Positions 29,053-38,309 of a stretch of DNA of 64,000 bases are shown piece by piece; the stretch's first letter is position 1; each line of letters starts with the position of its first letter. This DNA is from Bacteroidaceae bacterium (GTDB lineage: Bacteria > Bacteroidota > Bacteroidia > Bacteroidales > Bacteroidaceae): contig JAFXDL010000051.1 of assembly GCA_017516265.1 (NCBI GenBank), positions 3,477 through 67,476 of the forward strand, in the 5' to 3' direction. The translations under genes and the position numbers were made by a program. The notes below the pieces were generated by a model. It did no database searches, was not told the origin of the DNA, and saw only the letters and a program-made list of their open reading frames with translations.

Positions 29053-31650
29053 ATGAAAAAACTGATTTTAGCTTTAGTTCTGATCGCATGGATGCCATGC
29101 ATGGCGCAAGGACGGACGATGCACACCAGCAGACCTGACTCGGTGTGGCTGATGTCATACACTACGCCACGAGACAATTACCACTTGGGACTCCACTTTG
29201 CCTATAGTCCCGATGGGGAGAACTGGATGAGCATTGGCAACGGACGAAGCTACCTGAAGAGCGACTTCGGAGCTTGGGGCTCGCAAAAACGGATGCTTAC
29301 ACCGTGGGTGACGAAGGGACACGATGGATGGTGGCATTGTGTGTGGAGCCTGGGTGAAGCCATGCCCGTGTTTGCACACTCTTCTTCGCCTAACTTGACC
29401 GACTGGTATCGGCAGAGCTATCCTGACACTAAGGGGAATTGCCAAAACCCTGTGCTCACAACCGAGGGCAACAAGGGGGTGTTGACCTATACGTCGGAGG
29501 GAAAGCAATACCGCATGACCACGACCGATTACAAAGCGTGGACATCGCCCGTAGAGATGAACGTGGCAAAATCTGATGCCAACACCTATCGCACCGTTGA
29601 CCTGAATAGTCACTTGGGCGAAGTGAGCGGTAACGTGCAACGTGTACCTTGGGCGGTGGTTGACCACTTGATGAAGTACCACGAGCACCGCATCGTGAAG
29701 GACCAGCAGAATGGCGAGCAGGTGATGATTCCTGCCCTCGAAGGATTGAAGCCCGTGGAGGCACAGTTGACATTGGCTTCGCCCATCAAGGCAAAGGCCA
29801 TCAGTGACGAACTCATCGGTGTGTTTTTCGAAGACATCAACTATGCTGCCGATGGAGGTATCTATGCCGAGTTGGTGCAAAACCGTGGCTTCGAGTATGA
29901 CCCTGCGGACACCAGACATCGTTGGGGATGGAGCCACACGACGGCTTGGAGCCTGAAGAATGCCACTGATGGCGACAAGTTTGAGATAGCCACTGATAAT
30001 CCTATTCACGAAAACAACAAGCACTATGCCGCACTGACCATCAGCAAGCCGGGTGTGGCCCTTGCCAACGAAGGATTTGACGGTATTGTACTGAAGAAGG
30101 GCGACAAGTACGACCTCTCCTTGTGGGCTCGTCAGTTGGAAGGAAAGGCAGGAAAACTCACCGTGCGCCTTATTGATGAGAAGGGCAACACCGTGGCTGA
30201 GAAAAACCTCTCGGCACCCGCTACGGGCAAGTGGAAGAAGATGAACACCGTCCTTACCGCCAAGGAGGATGCAGACAAAGCACAGTTGCTGGTGATTCCC
30301 TCTACGGTAGGAAAGGTGGGATTGGACATGGTTTCGCTCTTCCCACAAAAGACGTTCAAGGGACGCAAGAATGGTATGCGCCCCGATTTGGCTCAAATAC
30401 TGGCTGACATGAAGCCCCGCTTCGTGCGTTTCCCTGGTGGATGTGCCAGCCATGGTGACGGACTTGACAACATCTACCGATGGGTGAACACCGTAGGTCC
30501 CTTGGAGGCACGCAAGCCTATGCGCAACATTTGGAATTACCATCAGTCAATGGGCCTCGGCTTCTACGAATATTTCCAATTCTGTGAGGACATTGGTGCC
30601 GAGCCTTTGCCCGTATTGGCAGCAGGTGTGCCTTGTCAGAACTCTTCTGTAGGCGGACATGGCCAGCAGGGAGGTATTCCTATGGATCAGATGGATGAAT
30701 ACGTAGAGGAAATCCTCAACCTCATCGAATGGGCAAACGGCGACCCCAAGAAGAGCAAGTGGGCAAAGATGCGTGCCGAGGCAGGACATCCGAAACCCTT
30801 CAATCTGAAGTATCTGGGCATTGGAAATGAAGACCTTATCACGGATGTGTTCGAGGTTCGCTTCAAGATGATATTTGATGCCGTGAAGGAGAAATACCCT
30901 GAAATCGTGGTTATCGGCACCGTAGGTCCCTTCTACGAAGGAAGCGATTATGAAGAGGGTTGGGAGCTTGCCACCCGCTACGAAGTGCCCATCGTGGACG
31001 AGCACTACTACAACACTCCGGGATGGTTCATGAACAATCAGGATTACTACGACCGCTACGACCGTTCGAAGAAGACCAAAGTGTATCTGGGTGAATATGC
31101 AACCCACATCCATGGACGTCCCAGCAACCTGCAGACGGCTCTTTGCGATGCCCTGCACCTGACTAACGTAGAGCGCAATGGCGACGTAGTGGTGATGACC
31201 TCGTATGCTCCCTTGCTGGCCAAGGAGGGACACACGCAATGGAATCCCGACCTCATCTACTTCAACAACAAGGAGGTGAAACCTACGGTGGAGTACTTCG
31301 TGCAGAAACTCTTCAGCCTCAATAGTGGTGACGAATACCTGAGTGCCAAACTCACTGGACGTGAACTTTGGAATCAGGATATCCGCAAGCGTATCTCCCA
31401 CTCCATCGTGCGCGATGAAGATACGGGCGATGTCATTGTGAAGCTCGTCAACCTGCTTCCTGCCGAGGTGAAGATGGACATTGACCTCAGTGCCTTGGGC
31501 GAACTGACAGGTACTGCCAAGCGCACCATCCTCACAGGTAAGGATATGAATGACCGACATGCCCGTCCTGTAGAAGATACCATCGAAGTGAACGGCACCC
31601 ATGTGCAACAGACAATGCCTGCCTATTCGTTTACCATCCTCCGCTTCTGA
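29053..31650 (+). CDS. GH51 alpha-L-arabinofuranosidase with N-terminal GH43-like/propeller segment and CBM-like domain
   Basis: Signal peptide, GVFFEDINYAADGG.YAELVQNRGFE, RFPGGC, GIGNE, DEHYY, GEYA and SYAPLL. Confidence 0.9.
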   Translation: MKKLILALVLIAWMPCMAQGRTMHTSRPDSVWLMSYTTPRDNYHLGLHFAYSPDGENWMSIGNGRSYLKSDFGAWGSQKRMLTPWVTKGHDGWWHCVWSLGEAMPVFAHSSSPNLTDWYRQSYPDTKGNCQNPVLTTEGNKGVLTYTSEGKQYRMTTTDYKAWTSPVEMNVAKSDANTYRTVDLNSHLGEVSGNVQRVPWAVVDHLMKYHEHRIVKDQQNGEQVMIPALEGLKPVEAQLTLASPIKAKAISDELIGVFFEDINYAADGGIYAELVQNRGFEYDPADTRHRWGWSHTTAWSLKNATDGDKFEIATDNPIHENNKHYAALTISKPGVALANEGFDGIVLKKGDKYDLSLWARQLEGKAGKLTVRLIDEKGNTVAEKNLSAPATGKWKKMNTVLTAKEDADKAQLLVIPSTVGKVGLDMVSLFPQKTFKGRKNGMRPDLAQILADMKPRFVRFPGGCASHGDGLDNIYRWVNTVGPLEARKPMRNIWNYHQSMGLGFYEYFQFCEDIGAEPLPVLAAGVPCQNSSVGGHGQQGGIPMDQMDEYVEEILNLIEWANGDPKKSKWAKMRAEAGHPKPFNLKYLGIGNEDLITDVFEVRFKMIFDAVKEKYPEIVVIGTVGPFYEGSDYEEGWELATRYEVPIVDEHYYNTPGWFMNNQDYYDRYDRSKKTKVYLGEYATHIHGRPSNLQTALCDALHLTNVERNGDVVVMTSYAPLLAKEGHTQWNPDLIYFNNKEVKPTVEYFVQKLFSLNSGDEYLSAKLTGRELWNQDIRKRISHSIVRDEDTGDVIVKLVNLLPAEVKMDIDLSALGELTGTAKRTILTGKDMNDRHARPVEDTIEVNGTHVQQTMPAYSFTILRF

Positions 31651-31740
31651 TGAAGAAAGATGAAACGTAGGCGAGGCTACCTCAACCGATAGTTAAGGCT
31701 ACCTTAAGTCAAGGATAAGGTTTGTTAAGGTTTTCCCAAA

Positions 31741-31776
31741 AGGGGGAGCAGACAGGATTCTGCTTCTCCTTTTTTT
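31741..31776 (+). terminator. Rho-independent terminator after GH51
   Basis: AGGGGGAGCAGA / TCTGCTTCTCCT followed by a T-run. Confidence 0.65.
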
Positions 31777-31870
31777 CTCTATACTCGTTCCTTTTTCCCT
31801 TTTTATCCTTTTTCTTTGTCAACAAAGTGCCGTTTTCTCATGTTTTTAGAGTAACTTTGCGGCTCGTTTG

Positions 31871-33154
31871 ATGAAAATGTATAGAAAGATTGTGAGACGA
31901 CAGATACATAGCCTGATATTATTCCTTTTATTGGTATTTCCGTGCCTGTTGCAAGCCGCAGATGGTGTGCGTAGCGACTCGGTGATGATTGCATATTTGC
32001 AAAGCGAGGGAGTCACCATTACTCACGGTAATCGTGTGCGCCTGTTGAAGAGTGGTGAAGAGAAGTTTGATGACCTCTTTATGGCTATCCGCAAGGCACG
32101 ACACTATATTCATTTGGAATATTTCAATTTCCGAAACGACTCCATTGCAGCTCTCCTGTTTGCCGAACTTGACAAGAAGGTACAGGAAGGTGTGAAGGTG
32201 CGCGCCATGTTTGATGCTTTCGGAAACTGGAGCAACAACAAGCCTTTGAAGAAAAAACACTTGAAGGAATTGGCCAAGCGCGGCATCGAGATTGTGAAGT
32301 TCGACCCTTTGAATTTCCCCTTTATTGGCGACTTTATGAGTCGTGACCACCGCAAGATAGTCATCATAGACGGACAGACCGCTTATACGGGTGGAATGAA
32401 TGTGGCAGACTATTACATCGAGGGGCTCCCTAAAGTGGGAAAATGGCGCGATATGCATATCCGTATCGAAGGACCGGCCGTTGATGAGTTGCAACGGATT
32501 TTTCTCACCATGTGGGAAAAAGCTACAGACGAACGTCTGACGGACGCCTTCTACTATTTTCCCTCCAAAACAGACAGCTTGCATCTGCCGGGCACGGTAG
32601 ATAATGTCACGATAGGCATTGTTGACAGGGTGCCGCGCAAAAGTCCCAAACTGATGCGTAATGCCTATGCAAAGGCTATTTTGTCGGCAGAAGAGAAGAT
32701 AGAACTCATCAACCCCTATTTCATCCCTACGCGCACCGTTCGTCGTGCCTTGAAAAAGGCTGCCAAGAAGGGAGTGGACGTGCAAGTGATGGTTTCGGTG
32801 AAGGGAGACATACCCATCACCCCTGATGCATCGATGCATGTGGCCCGCCAGCTACACAAGTGTGGAGCTACCGTTTATCAGTTTGAAGACGGTTTTCATC
32901 ATTCTAAAATCATGATGGTGGATGACAAGTTCTGCACCGTAGGTTCTACGAATCTCAATAGCCGTAGCCTCCGATATGATTACGAAGTGAACGCTTTCAT
33001 CTTTGACCCGAGAGTGACAGATGAACTTTCTGACATGTTCAATGATGACAAAAGGCAAAGCACAGTGATGACGGATGAAAACTGGAAGAAACGCTCACGT
33101 TGGCATCGTTTCGTGGGGTGGATTTCAAACCTTCTGTTGACACCTTTCCTTTAA
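31871..33154 (+). CDS. cls: Cardiolipin synthase (PLD family)
   Basis: Two HKD motifs (HRKIVIID, HSKIMMVD), plus WRDMH and GSTNLNSRS. The exact start codon is uncertain. Confidence 0.9.
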   Translation: MKMYRKIVRRQIHSLILFLLLVFPCLLQAADGVRSDSVMIAYLQSEGVTITHGNRVRLLKSGEEKFDDLFMAIRKARHYIHLEYFNFRNDSIAALLFAELDKKVQEGVKVRAMFDAFGNWSNNKPLKKKHLKELAKRGIEIVKFDPLNFPFIGDFMSRDHRKIVIIDGQTAYTGGMNVADYYIEGLPKVGKWRDMHIRIEGPAVDELQRIFLTMWEKATDERLTDAFYYFPSKTDSLHLPGTVDNVTIGIVDRVPRKSPKLMRNAYAKAILSAEEKIELINPYFIPTRTVRRALKKAAKKGVDVQVMVSVKGDIPITPDASMHVARQLHKCGATVYQFEDGFHHSKIMMVDDKFCTVGSTNLNSRSLRYDYEVNAFIFDPRVTDELSDMFNDDKRQSTVMTDENWKKRSRWHRFVGWISNLLLTPFL

Positions 33155-33215
33155 AATCTAGATATCCTAGAAACTCTAGAATTTCTAGAAAACCTAGAGT
33201 AACTAGAAATCCTAG
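33155..33215. repeat. 9-bp period CTAG array
   Basis: CTAG at 33158, 33167, 33176, 33185, 33194, 33203 and 33212. Confidence 0.85.
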
Positions 33216-33257
33216 AAAAAACAGAAAAAGCAAAATAGAAAACAAAAAATAACCGCT

Positions 33258-34124
33258 ATGATAACTTTCCCCAATGCCAAAATCAACCTCGGGTTGAATG
33301 TTGTGGAGCGTCGCCCTGATGGCTACCACAATCTGGAAACCGTGTTCTACCCTATCCCTTTGCAGGATATACTGGAAGTGACCACTTTTGATGAAACCTC
33401 CGGACAGATGAATCCCACAGATACAGATGTGGTGCTTCATGCCGATGGGATAGCTATAGCTGGCGAGGCAGAAGACAATCTGGTGGTGAAGGCATACCGC
33501 TTGTTGAAGGCAGAGTTTGACTTGCCCCCCGTGCACATACATATCTTCAAGCACATCCCCTCTGGAGCCGGATTGGGGGGAGGTTCGGCTGATGCCACCT
33601 TCATGTTGCGCCTCTTGCGTGACAAGTTTTCCCTGCCTCTTACTGATGACGAACTGGAGGAGCGTTCATCCCGTTTAGGAGCCGATTGTGCTTTTTTCGT
33701 ACGCAATGCTCCTGCCTTTGCTACAGGCATTGGCAACATATTCACACCTATGCCCAGCGTGTCTCTTTGCGGATACAATATCCTGCTTATCAAACCCGAT
33801 ATCTTTGTCTCCACCCGCGATGCGTTTGCCCTCATAAAGCCCCACAAGCCCGTTCGTCCGTTGATGGAGATAGCCTCTATGCCTGTAGAAGAATGGCGCA
33901 ATGCAGGGATGTGCAACGATTTCGAGGAGAGTGTATTTGCCAAGCATCCTACAATTGGTGAGATAAAGGATAGGCTTTACGATATGGGAGCTGTGTATGC
34001 CTCCATGTCAGGTAGCGGTTCTTCCCTGTTCGGCTTGTTTCCAGCAGATGCGGAGATTGATGCTTCCGAATTGCAACGCTTTTATCCGGGCAGCTTTGTG
34101 TGGCAAAGCAAATTGACGGTATGA
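33258..34124 (+). CDS. ispE: 4-(cytidine 5'-diphospho)-2-C-methyl-D-erythritol kinase
   Basis: [36 protein letters not shown] and MSGSGS. Confidence 0.96.
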   Translation: MITFPNAKINLGLNVVERRPDGYHNLETVFYPIPLQDILEVTTFDETSGQMNPTDTDVVLHADGIAIAGEAEDNLVVKAYRLLKAEFDLPPVHIHIFKHIPSGAGLGGGSADATFMLRLLRDKFSLPLTDDELEERSSRLGADCAFFVRNAPAFATGIGNIFTPMPSVSLCGYNILLIKPDIFVSTRDAFALIKPHKPVRPLMEIASMPVEEWRNAGMCNDFEESVFAKHPTIGEIKDRLYDMGAVYASMSGSGSSLFGLFPADAEIDASELQRFYPGSFVWQSKLTV

Positions 34125-34170
34125 GGCTATCGCCTATAAAGCAAATGTCATAAAGTGCAATGTTTATATC

Positions 34171-34200
34171 AATAAAGGGGACGTGTATGCCCCCTTTATT
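34171..34200. terminator. Bidirectional terminator between convergent genes
   Basis: AATAAAGGGG / CCCCTTTATT stem with A/T tails on both sides. Confidence 0.6.
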
Positions 34201-34233
34201 GTTTTTTATAGACTCATTTTTTAGAAGGATAGT

Positions 34234-34881
34234 TCATTTGGAGGGAAGCCATTTGCTGGCTGAAACAAGTTCTCCATCTTTCCATGTTTCTGTCCGATAA
34301 GTGCCATCGGGTCTGTAGAATTTTCCTTTCCCATGTTTCTCCCATCCGTAATATTCTCCTTCATCACCGTAGCAATTCATGCCCTCGCCTTTGTAGGTTG
34401 TTCCATCTTTGTAGCGGATTTCCCTTGAGATGATTTCGTCTTTTTTCCCCGTTACAATATATTCATAGTTGAAACTCTTGTAGGTAATGCCTTGGTCGTT
34501 TAAAATGTCTTCATAATCACCTGCCATATTTACAGCAAAAACAAAAGCAGGGACTCCTGTTGAAATTGCAAATAGAATCTGTAATATCTTGGTTTTTACA
34601 ATGCAAAGTAGAATAACAATGAGAAAAAGTAATAAAATGGTAGTATAAAATGCAGTAATGTTAGATACTATACCCCAAAAAGGTGTATAGAAAATCTGAT
34701 GAAAATGATACATGTATAGATTAAATATATACATGAATGGGCTTAAGAATAAAAAAAGGAAGACTATTATAACTAGTGGAACAGCTAAAATTTTTACAAT
34801 AATATTAGGTTCTTCTTCCTCTTTCTTTTCTTCTTCTTTGTCTTTGTCCAAGTCAGATTCTAGTTCTTCAGTCTTTTCCAT
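34234..34881 (-). CDS. Hypothetical membrane protein with C-terminal MORN-like repeats
   Basis: Acidic N-tail and 3 TM helices. The C-terminus YKDGTTYKGE..KHGKGKFYRPDG..WKDG resembles MORN repeats. The 5' half is AT-rich. Confidence 0.6.
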   Translation of the reverse strand: MEKTEELESDLDKDKEEEKKEEEEPNIIVKILAVPLVIIVFLFLFLSPFMYIFNLYMYHFHQIFYTPFWGIVSNITAFYTTILLLFLIVILLCIVKTKILQILFAISTGVPAFVFAVNMAGDYEDILNDQGITYKSFNYEYIVTGKKDEIISREIRYKDGTTYKGEGMNCYGDEGEYYGWEKHGKGKFYRPDGTYRTETWKDGELVSASKWLPSK

Positions 34882-34917
34882 CGTATTAATCGTTTTTTTG
34901 TGTTAAATGAGAATAGA

Positions 34918-34952
34918 AAAAAAAAGGATACGCATTGCGCATATCCTTTTTT
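34918..34952 (-). terminator. Terminator downstream of spt
   Basis: AAGGATACGC / GCGCATATCCTT hairpin with poly-A/T flanks. Confidence 0.6.
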
Positions 34953-34970
34953 AGGGTTATTTCTAATCTC

Positions 34971-36158
34971 TTACTCCAGTATTCCCAATTGCTTGAAGCA
35001 TTTGGTGAGTTTCTCTACGGCGAAGTCAACCTGCTCGCGTGTGTGGGTGGCCATGAGGGCTACACGCACCAAGGTGTCATCGGGTGCACATGCAGGAGGA
35101 ATTACGGGGTTGATGAAGATACCCTCGTCGAAAGCCAGTTTGGTGACGATGAAAGTCTTCTCCTCGTCGCGCACATAGAGGGGGATGATGGGAGATTCGG
35201 TCTCACCAATTTCAAATCCTGCCTCGCGGAAGCGGTCAAGAGCATATCGGGTAATGTCCCACAGGGCCTTGATGCGTTCAGGTTCGGATTGCAGGATGTG
35301 CAGGGCTTCAATGGCCGAGGCCGTAGCTGCAGGTGTACTGCTTGCCTGGAAGATGTAGCTACGTGCCGTGTGGCGGAGCCAGTTGATTACTTCCTTGTCT
35401 CCAGCGATGAATCCTCCGATGCTGGCAAGTGACTTGCTGAAGGTTCCCATGATGAGGTCAATGTCTTCGGTGACTCCGAAGTGGTCGCAAACACCGCGTC
35501 CGTTCTTTCCGAAGACGCCCAATCCGTGAGCTTCGTCCACATAGATGCAAGCGTTGTATTTCTTCTTCAAGCGGACAATTTCCGGCAAGTTTGCCAAGTC
35601 ACCTTCCATGGAGAATACGCCATCTACCACGATGAGCTTTACAGCATCGGGTTCACAACGGCGGAGTTTCTTTTCAAGGTCCTCCATATCGTTGTGCTTG
35701 TATTTGAGCTGGGTGGCGGTTGAGAGACGGCGTCCATCTACGATAGAGGCATGGTCGCGGTCATCGCAGATGATATAGTCATTACGTCCGACCAGTGCAG
35801 GGATGATACCTTCGTTCACCGTGAATCCTGTAGAGAAGCAGAGGGCTTCATCTTTTCCGACGAATGCAGCCAGTTCCTTCTCCAGCTGGACATGGATGTC
35901 CAAAGTACCGTTGAGGAAGCGCGAGCCGGCACAACCTGTGCCATATTTCTCTGTAGCTGCTATGGCTGCATCCATGATACGGCGGTCATAGGTGAGTCCT
36001 AAATAGGCATTGGAACCGAACATGAGGATTCGTTTGCCATCCATCTCTACTTCCGTATCCTGATGGCTATTGATTGTCCGGAAATAAGGATACACGCCTT
36101 GCGCCATATACTCTTGCGGAAGCGTGTATTTTGCTAATCTTTCGTTTAATATTCCCAT
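34971..36158 (-). CDS. spt: Serine palmitoyltransferase (alpha-oxoamine synthase family)
   Basis: GSNAYLGL, GSRFLNGT, DHASIVDG, DEAHG and the PLP lysine motif GTFSKS. It is divergent from a lipid kinase, as in Bacteroides spt loci. BioF/Kbl cannot be fully excluded. Confidence 0.82.
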   Translation of the reverse strand: MGILNERLAKYTLPQEYMAQGVYPYFRTINSHQDTEVEMDGKRILMFGSNAYLGLTYDRRIMDAAIAATEKYGTGCAGSRFLNGTLDIHVQLEKELAAFVGKDEALCFSTGFTVNEGIIPALVGRNDYIICDDRDHASIVDGRRLSTATQLKYKHNDMEDLEKKLRRCEPDAVKLIVVDGVFSMEGDLANLPEIVRLKKKYNACIYVDEAHGLGVFGKNGRGVCDHFGVTEDIDLIMGTFSKSLASIGGFIAGDKEVINWLRHTARSYIFQASSTPAATASAIEALHILQSEPERIKALWDITRYALDRFREAGFEIGETESPIIPLYVRDEEKTFIVTKLAFDEGIFINPVIPPACAPDDTLVRVALMATHTREQVDFAVEKLTKCFKQLGILE

Positions 36159-36408
36159 ATTCTTCTAGCAGGCTGTTTATGACCCGCTTTTTAATAAATT
36201 GGATTATCTAGAATTATATTTATTCTTATAATTTGTTAACTTTATTTCAAAACAGGGTGCAAAGATAACATATTTATTCTATAAATTGACAGAATCATTG
36301 AAAAAAATAGGTATATGAAAGAAAACAATTTTAAATTGATATGGTTTTGGAAGAAAAAGATTATCTTTGCATTCTCATTATAGAATTAACGAACCATAAG
36401 TAGTTTGA

Positions 36409-37455
36409 ATGGATACAAAAAAACGTGTAGTTTTCATCGTCAATCCGATTTCCGGCACACAGAGCAAGAAAAGCGTGGTGGAAAAGATAGAGAAGTATGC
36501 TGATGGTGAAACATTGGATATCCGTATTGTACCCACTCAATATGCCGGCCATGCTAATCAGATAGCTTCGGAGTGTGTGCAGGAAGGTGTGGACATCGTG
36601 GTAGCCGTAGGTGGTGATGGCACCATCAATGAGGTTGCCCGTGCCCTAGTGCATACGCCTGTCACTTTGGGTATTATCCCATGTGGTTCAGGCAATGGAT
36701 TGGCCCGTCACTTGCGCATACCGATGGATGTGAAAAAGGCCATCGAAACAATCAATCGGGGTGTGGTGGAGACCATCGATTATGGCAAAATCAACGATAT
36801 CCCCTACTTCTGTACGTGTGGTGTGGGGTTTGATGCATTCATCAGCATGAAGTTTGCCCAAGCCGGCAAACGGGGGATTTCCTCATACATAGAGAATACC
36901 TTGCGTGAAGGGCTCCGCTATGAACCCGAAACCTATGAGATTGAGAATGAAGACGGAAGCACGCACTACAAGGCTTTCCTCATCACCTGTGCCAATGCTT
37001 CGCAATATGGAAACAATTTTTACATTGCTCCCAAGGCTTCGTTGTGTGACGGGTTGATGGATGTCATCATCATGGAGCCGTTCACCATGCTGGATGCACC
37101 GGCCATCTCTTTCCAGATGATAAATGGCACGCTTGACCAGAATAGTAAAATCAAGACCCTGCGTTGTAAACGGTTGAAGATTCATCGGAGCAAGCCTGGT
37201 TTCATCCACTTCGATGGCGACCCCGTGATGGCCGAAGCAGATCTGACGGTAGAGCTCATTGGGAAGGGGTTGAACGTCATTATCGGTTCGGAGGAGGAGA
37301 AAACGCTTGCCAACGTGAATATGTGGCAAAATGTGATAGATATATTCAACGACCTGAAGCCCTCGATTATGGATGACTTGGCCACTCATAACCGACGTCT
37401 GCAGGTGTTGAACAGAGAGCTTCTCAGAAAATTGAAGAAGAATACCTACAAGTAG
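36409..37455 (+). CDS. Diacylglycerol/sphingosine kinase-family (YegS-like) lipid kinase
   Basis: NPISG, GGDGTINE, IPCGSGNGLAR, GFDA and DGD. Confidence 0.9.
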   Translation: MDTKKRVVFIVNPISGTQSKKSVVEKIEKYADGETLDIRIVPTQYAGHANQIASECVQEGVDIVVAVGGDGTINEVARALVHTPVTLGIIPCGSGNGLARHLRIPMDVKKAIETINRGVVETIDYGKINDIPYFCTCGVGFDAFISMKFAQAGKRGISSYIENTLREGLRYEPETYEIENEDGSTHYKAFLITCANASQYGNNFYIAPKASLCDGLMDVIIMEPFTMLDAPAISFQMINGTLDQNSKIKTLRCKRLKIHRSKPGFIHFDGDPVMAEADLTVELIGKGLNVIIGSEEEKTLANVNMWQNVIDIFNDLKPSIMDDLATHNRRLQVLNRELLRKLKKNTYK

Positions 37456-38150
37456 AAATCATTTACCATATTTTTGTATTCCTCACTGAATACTCCCGGC
37501 CCTTGTTGCATGTATAGTGCTTGGGGCATGGCGGGAGTTTCGGGCATGACGGGTGTAAAGGTCATCAAGATACGCTTGGCCGGTGCATTGGGCTTGGTAT
37601 GTACGTGTGTTTCCCTTGACAGATAGAGACTTTGTGAGATGGCTTCAGCTTTCAATTCTGCTGATGCCTCCATGGGAATGACCACCGAGAATTTTCCCTG
37701 CGGATCCAGTAACGCTTTTACCTGACGCATCAATGTCTTGAAATCGAGAGTGTCAGTGTGTCGGGCTTTGCTTCTTGCATTGTCCGGACATTTCAATGAG
37801 TTTGAGAAGTACGGAGGGTTGGAGAAGATGACATCAAATTTCCCTTCATCGTGGTATGTGCCGAAGTCTTCCTGTACGATTCGTATGCGGTCGGCCCATG
37901 GCGATGATGCCACATTCTCCCGAGCTTGCCCGGCAGCCTCTTCATCCAGTTCGATGCCCACTATTTCCCCTTGGCAACGTTGGGCTGCCATCAGGGCTAT
38001 GAGTCCGCATCCACATCCCACATCCAGCAGGCGGTTGGCTCCGTCCACCTCCATCCATGCACCCAGCAGGACGGCATCTGTGCCCACCTTCATGGCACAC
38101 CGGTCATGCCACACGGTAAAGCGTTTGAACTGAAAAAAAGGATTGGCCAT
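37446..38150 (-). CDS. tRNA1(Val) (adenine(37)-N6)-methyltransferase
   Basis: FQFKRF, AMKVGTDAVLLG, LDVGCGCG, SNPPYF and ARH. Start placed at ATG 38150, downstream of the -7 box at 38175-38182. Confidence 0.88.
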   Translation of the reverse strand: MANPFFQFKRFTVWHDRCAMKVGTDAVLLGAWMEVDGANRLLDVGCGCGLIALMAAQRCQGEIVGIELDEEAAGQARENVASSPWADRIRIVQEDFGTYHDEGKFDVIFSNPPYFSNSLKCPDNARSKARHTDTLDFKTLMRQVKALLDPQGKFSVVIPMEASAELKAEAISQSLYLSRETHVHTKPNAPAKRILMTFTPVMPETPAMPQALYMQQGPGVFSEEYKNMVNDFYL

Positions 38151-38309
38151 GCGTCTGTTTTTATGATTTGCCGGCAAAGATACATCTTTTTTGGATATTT
38201 TCAGATAAAAGGTACACCTTATTTAAATAGGATTGATTAACTTTGCGCCCGCATTTTCAACTCCCTTGAAAAAAGGGGGGCAAAAAGTGATATTAGAAGT
38301 GATATTAGA

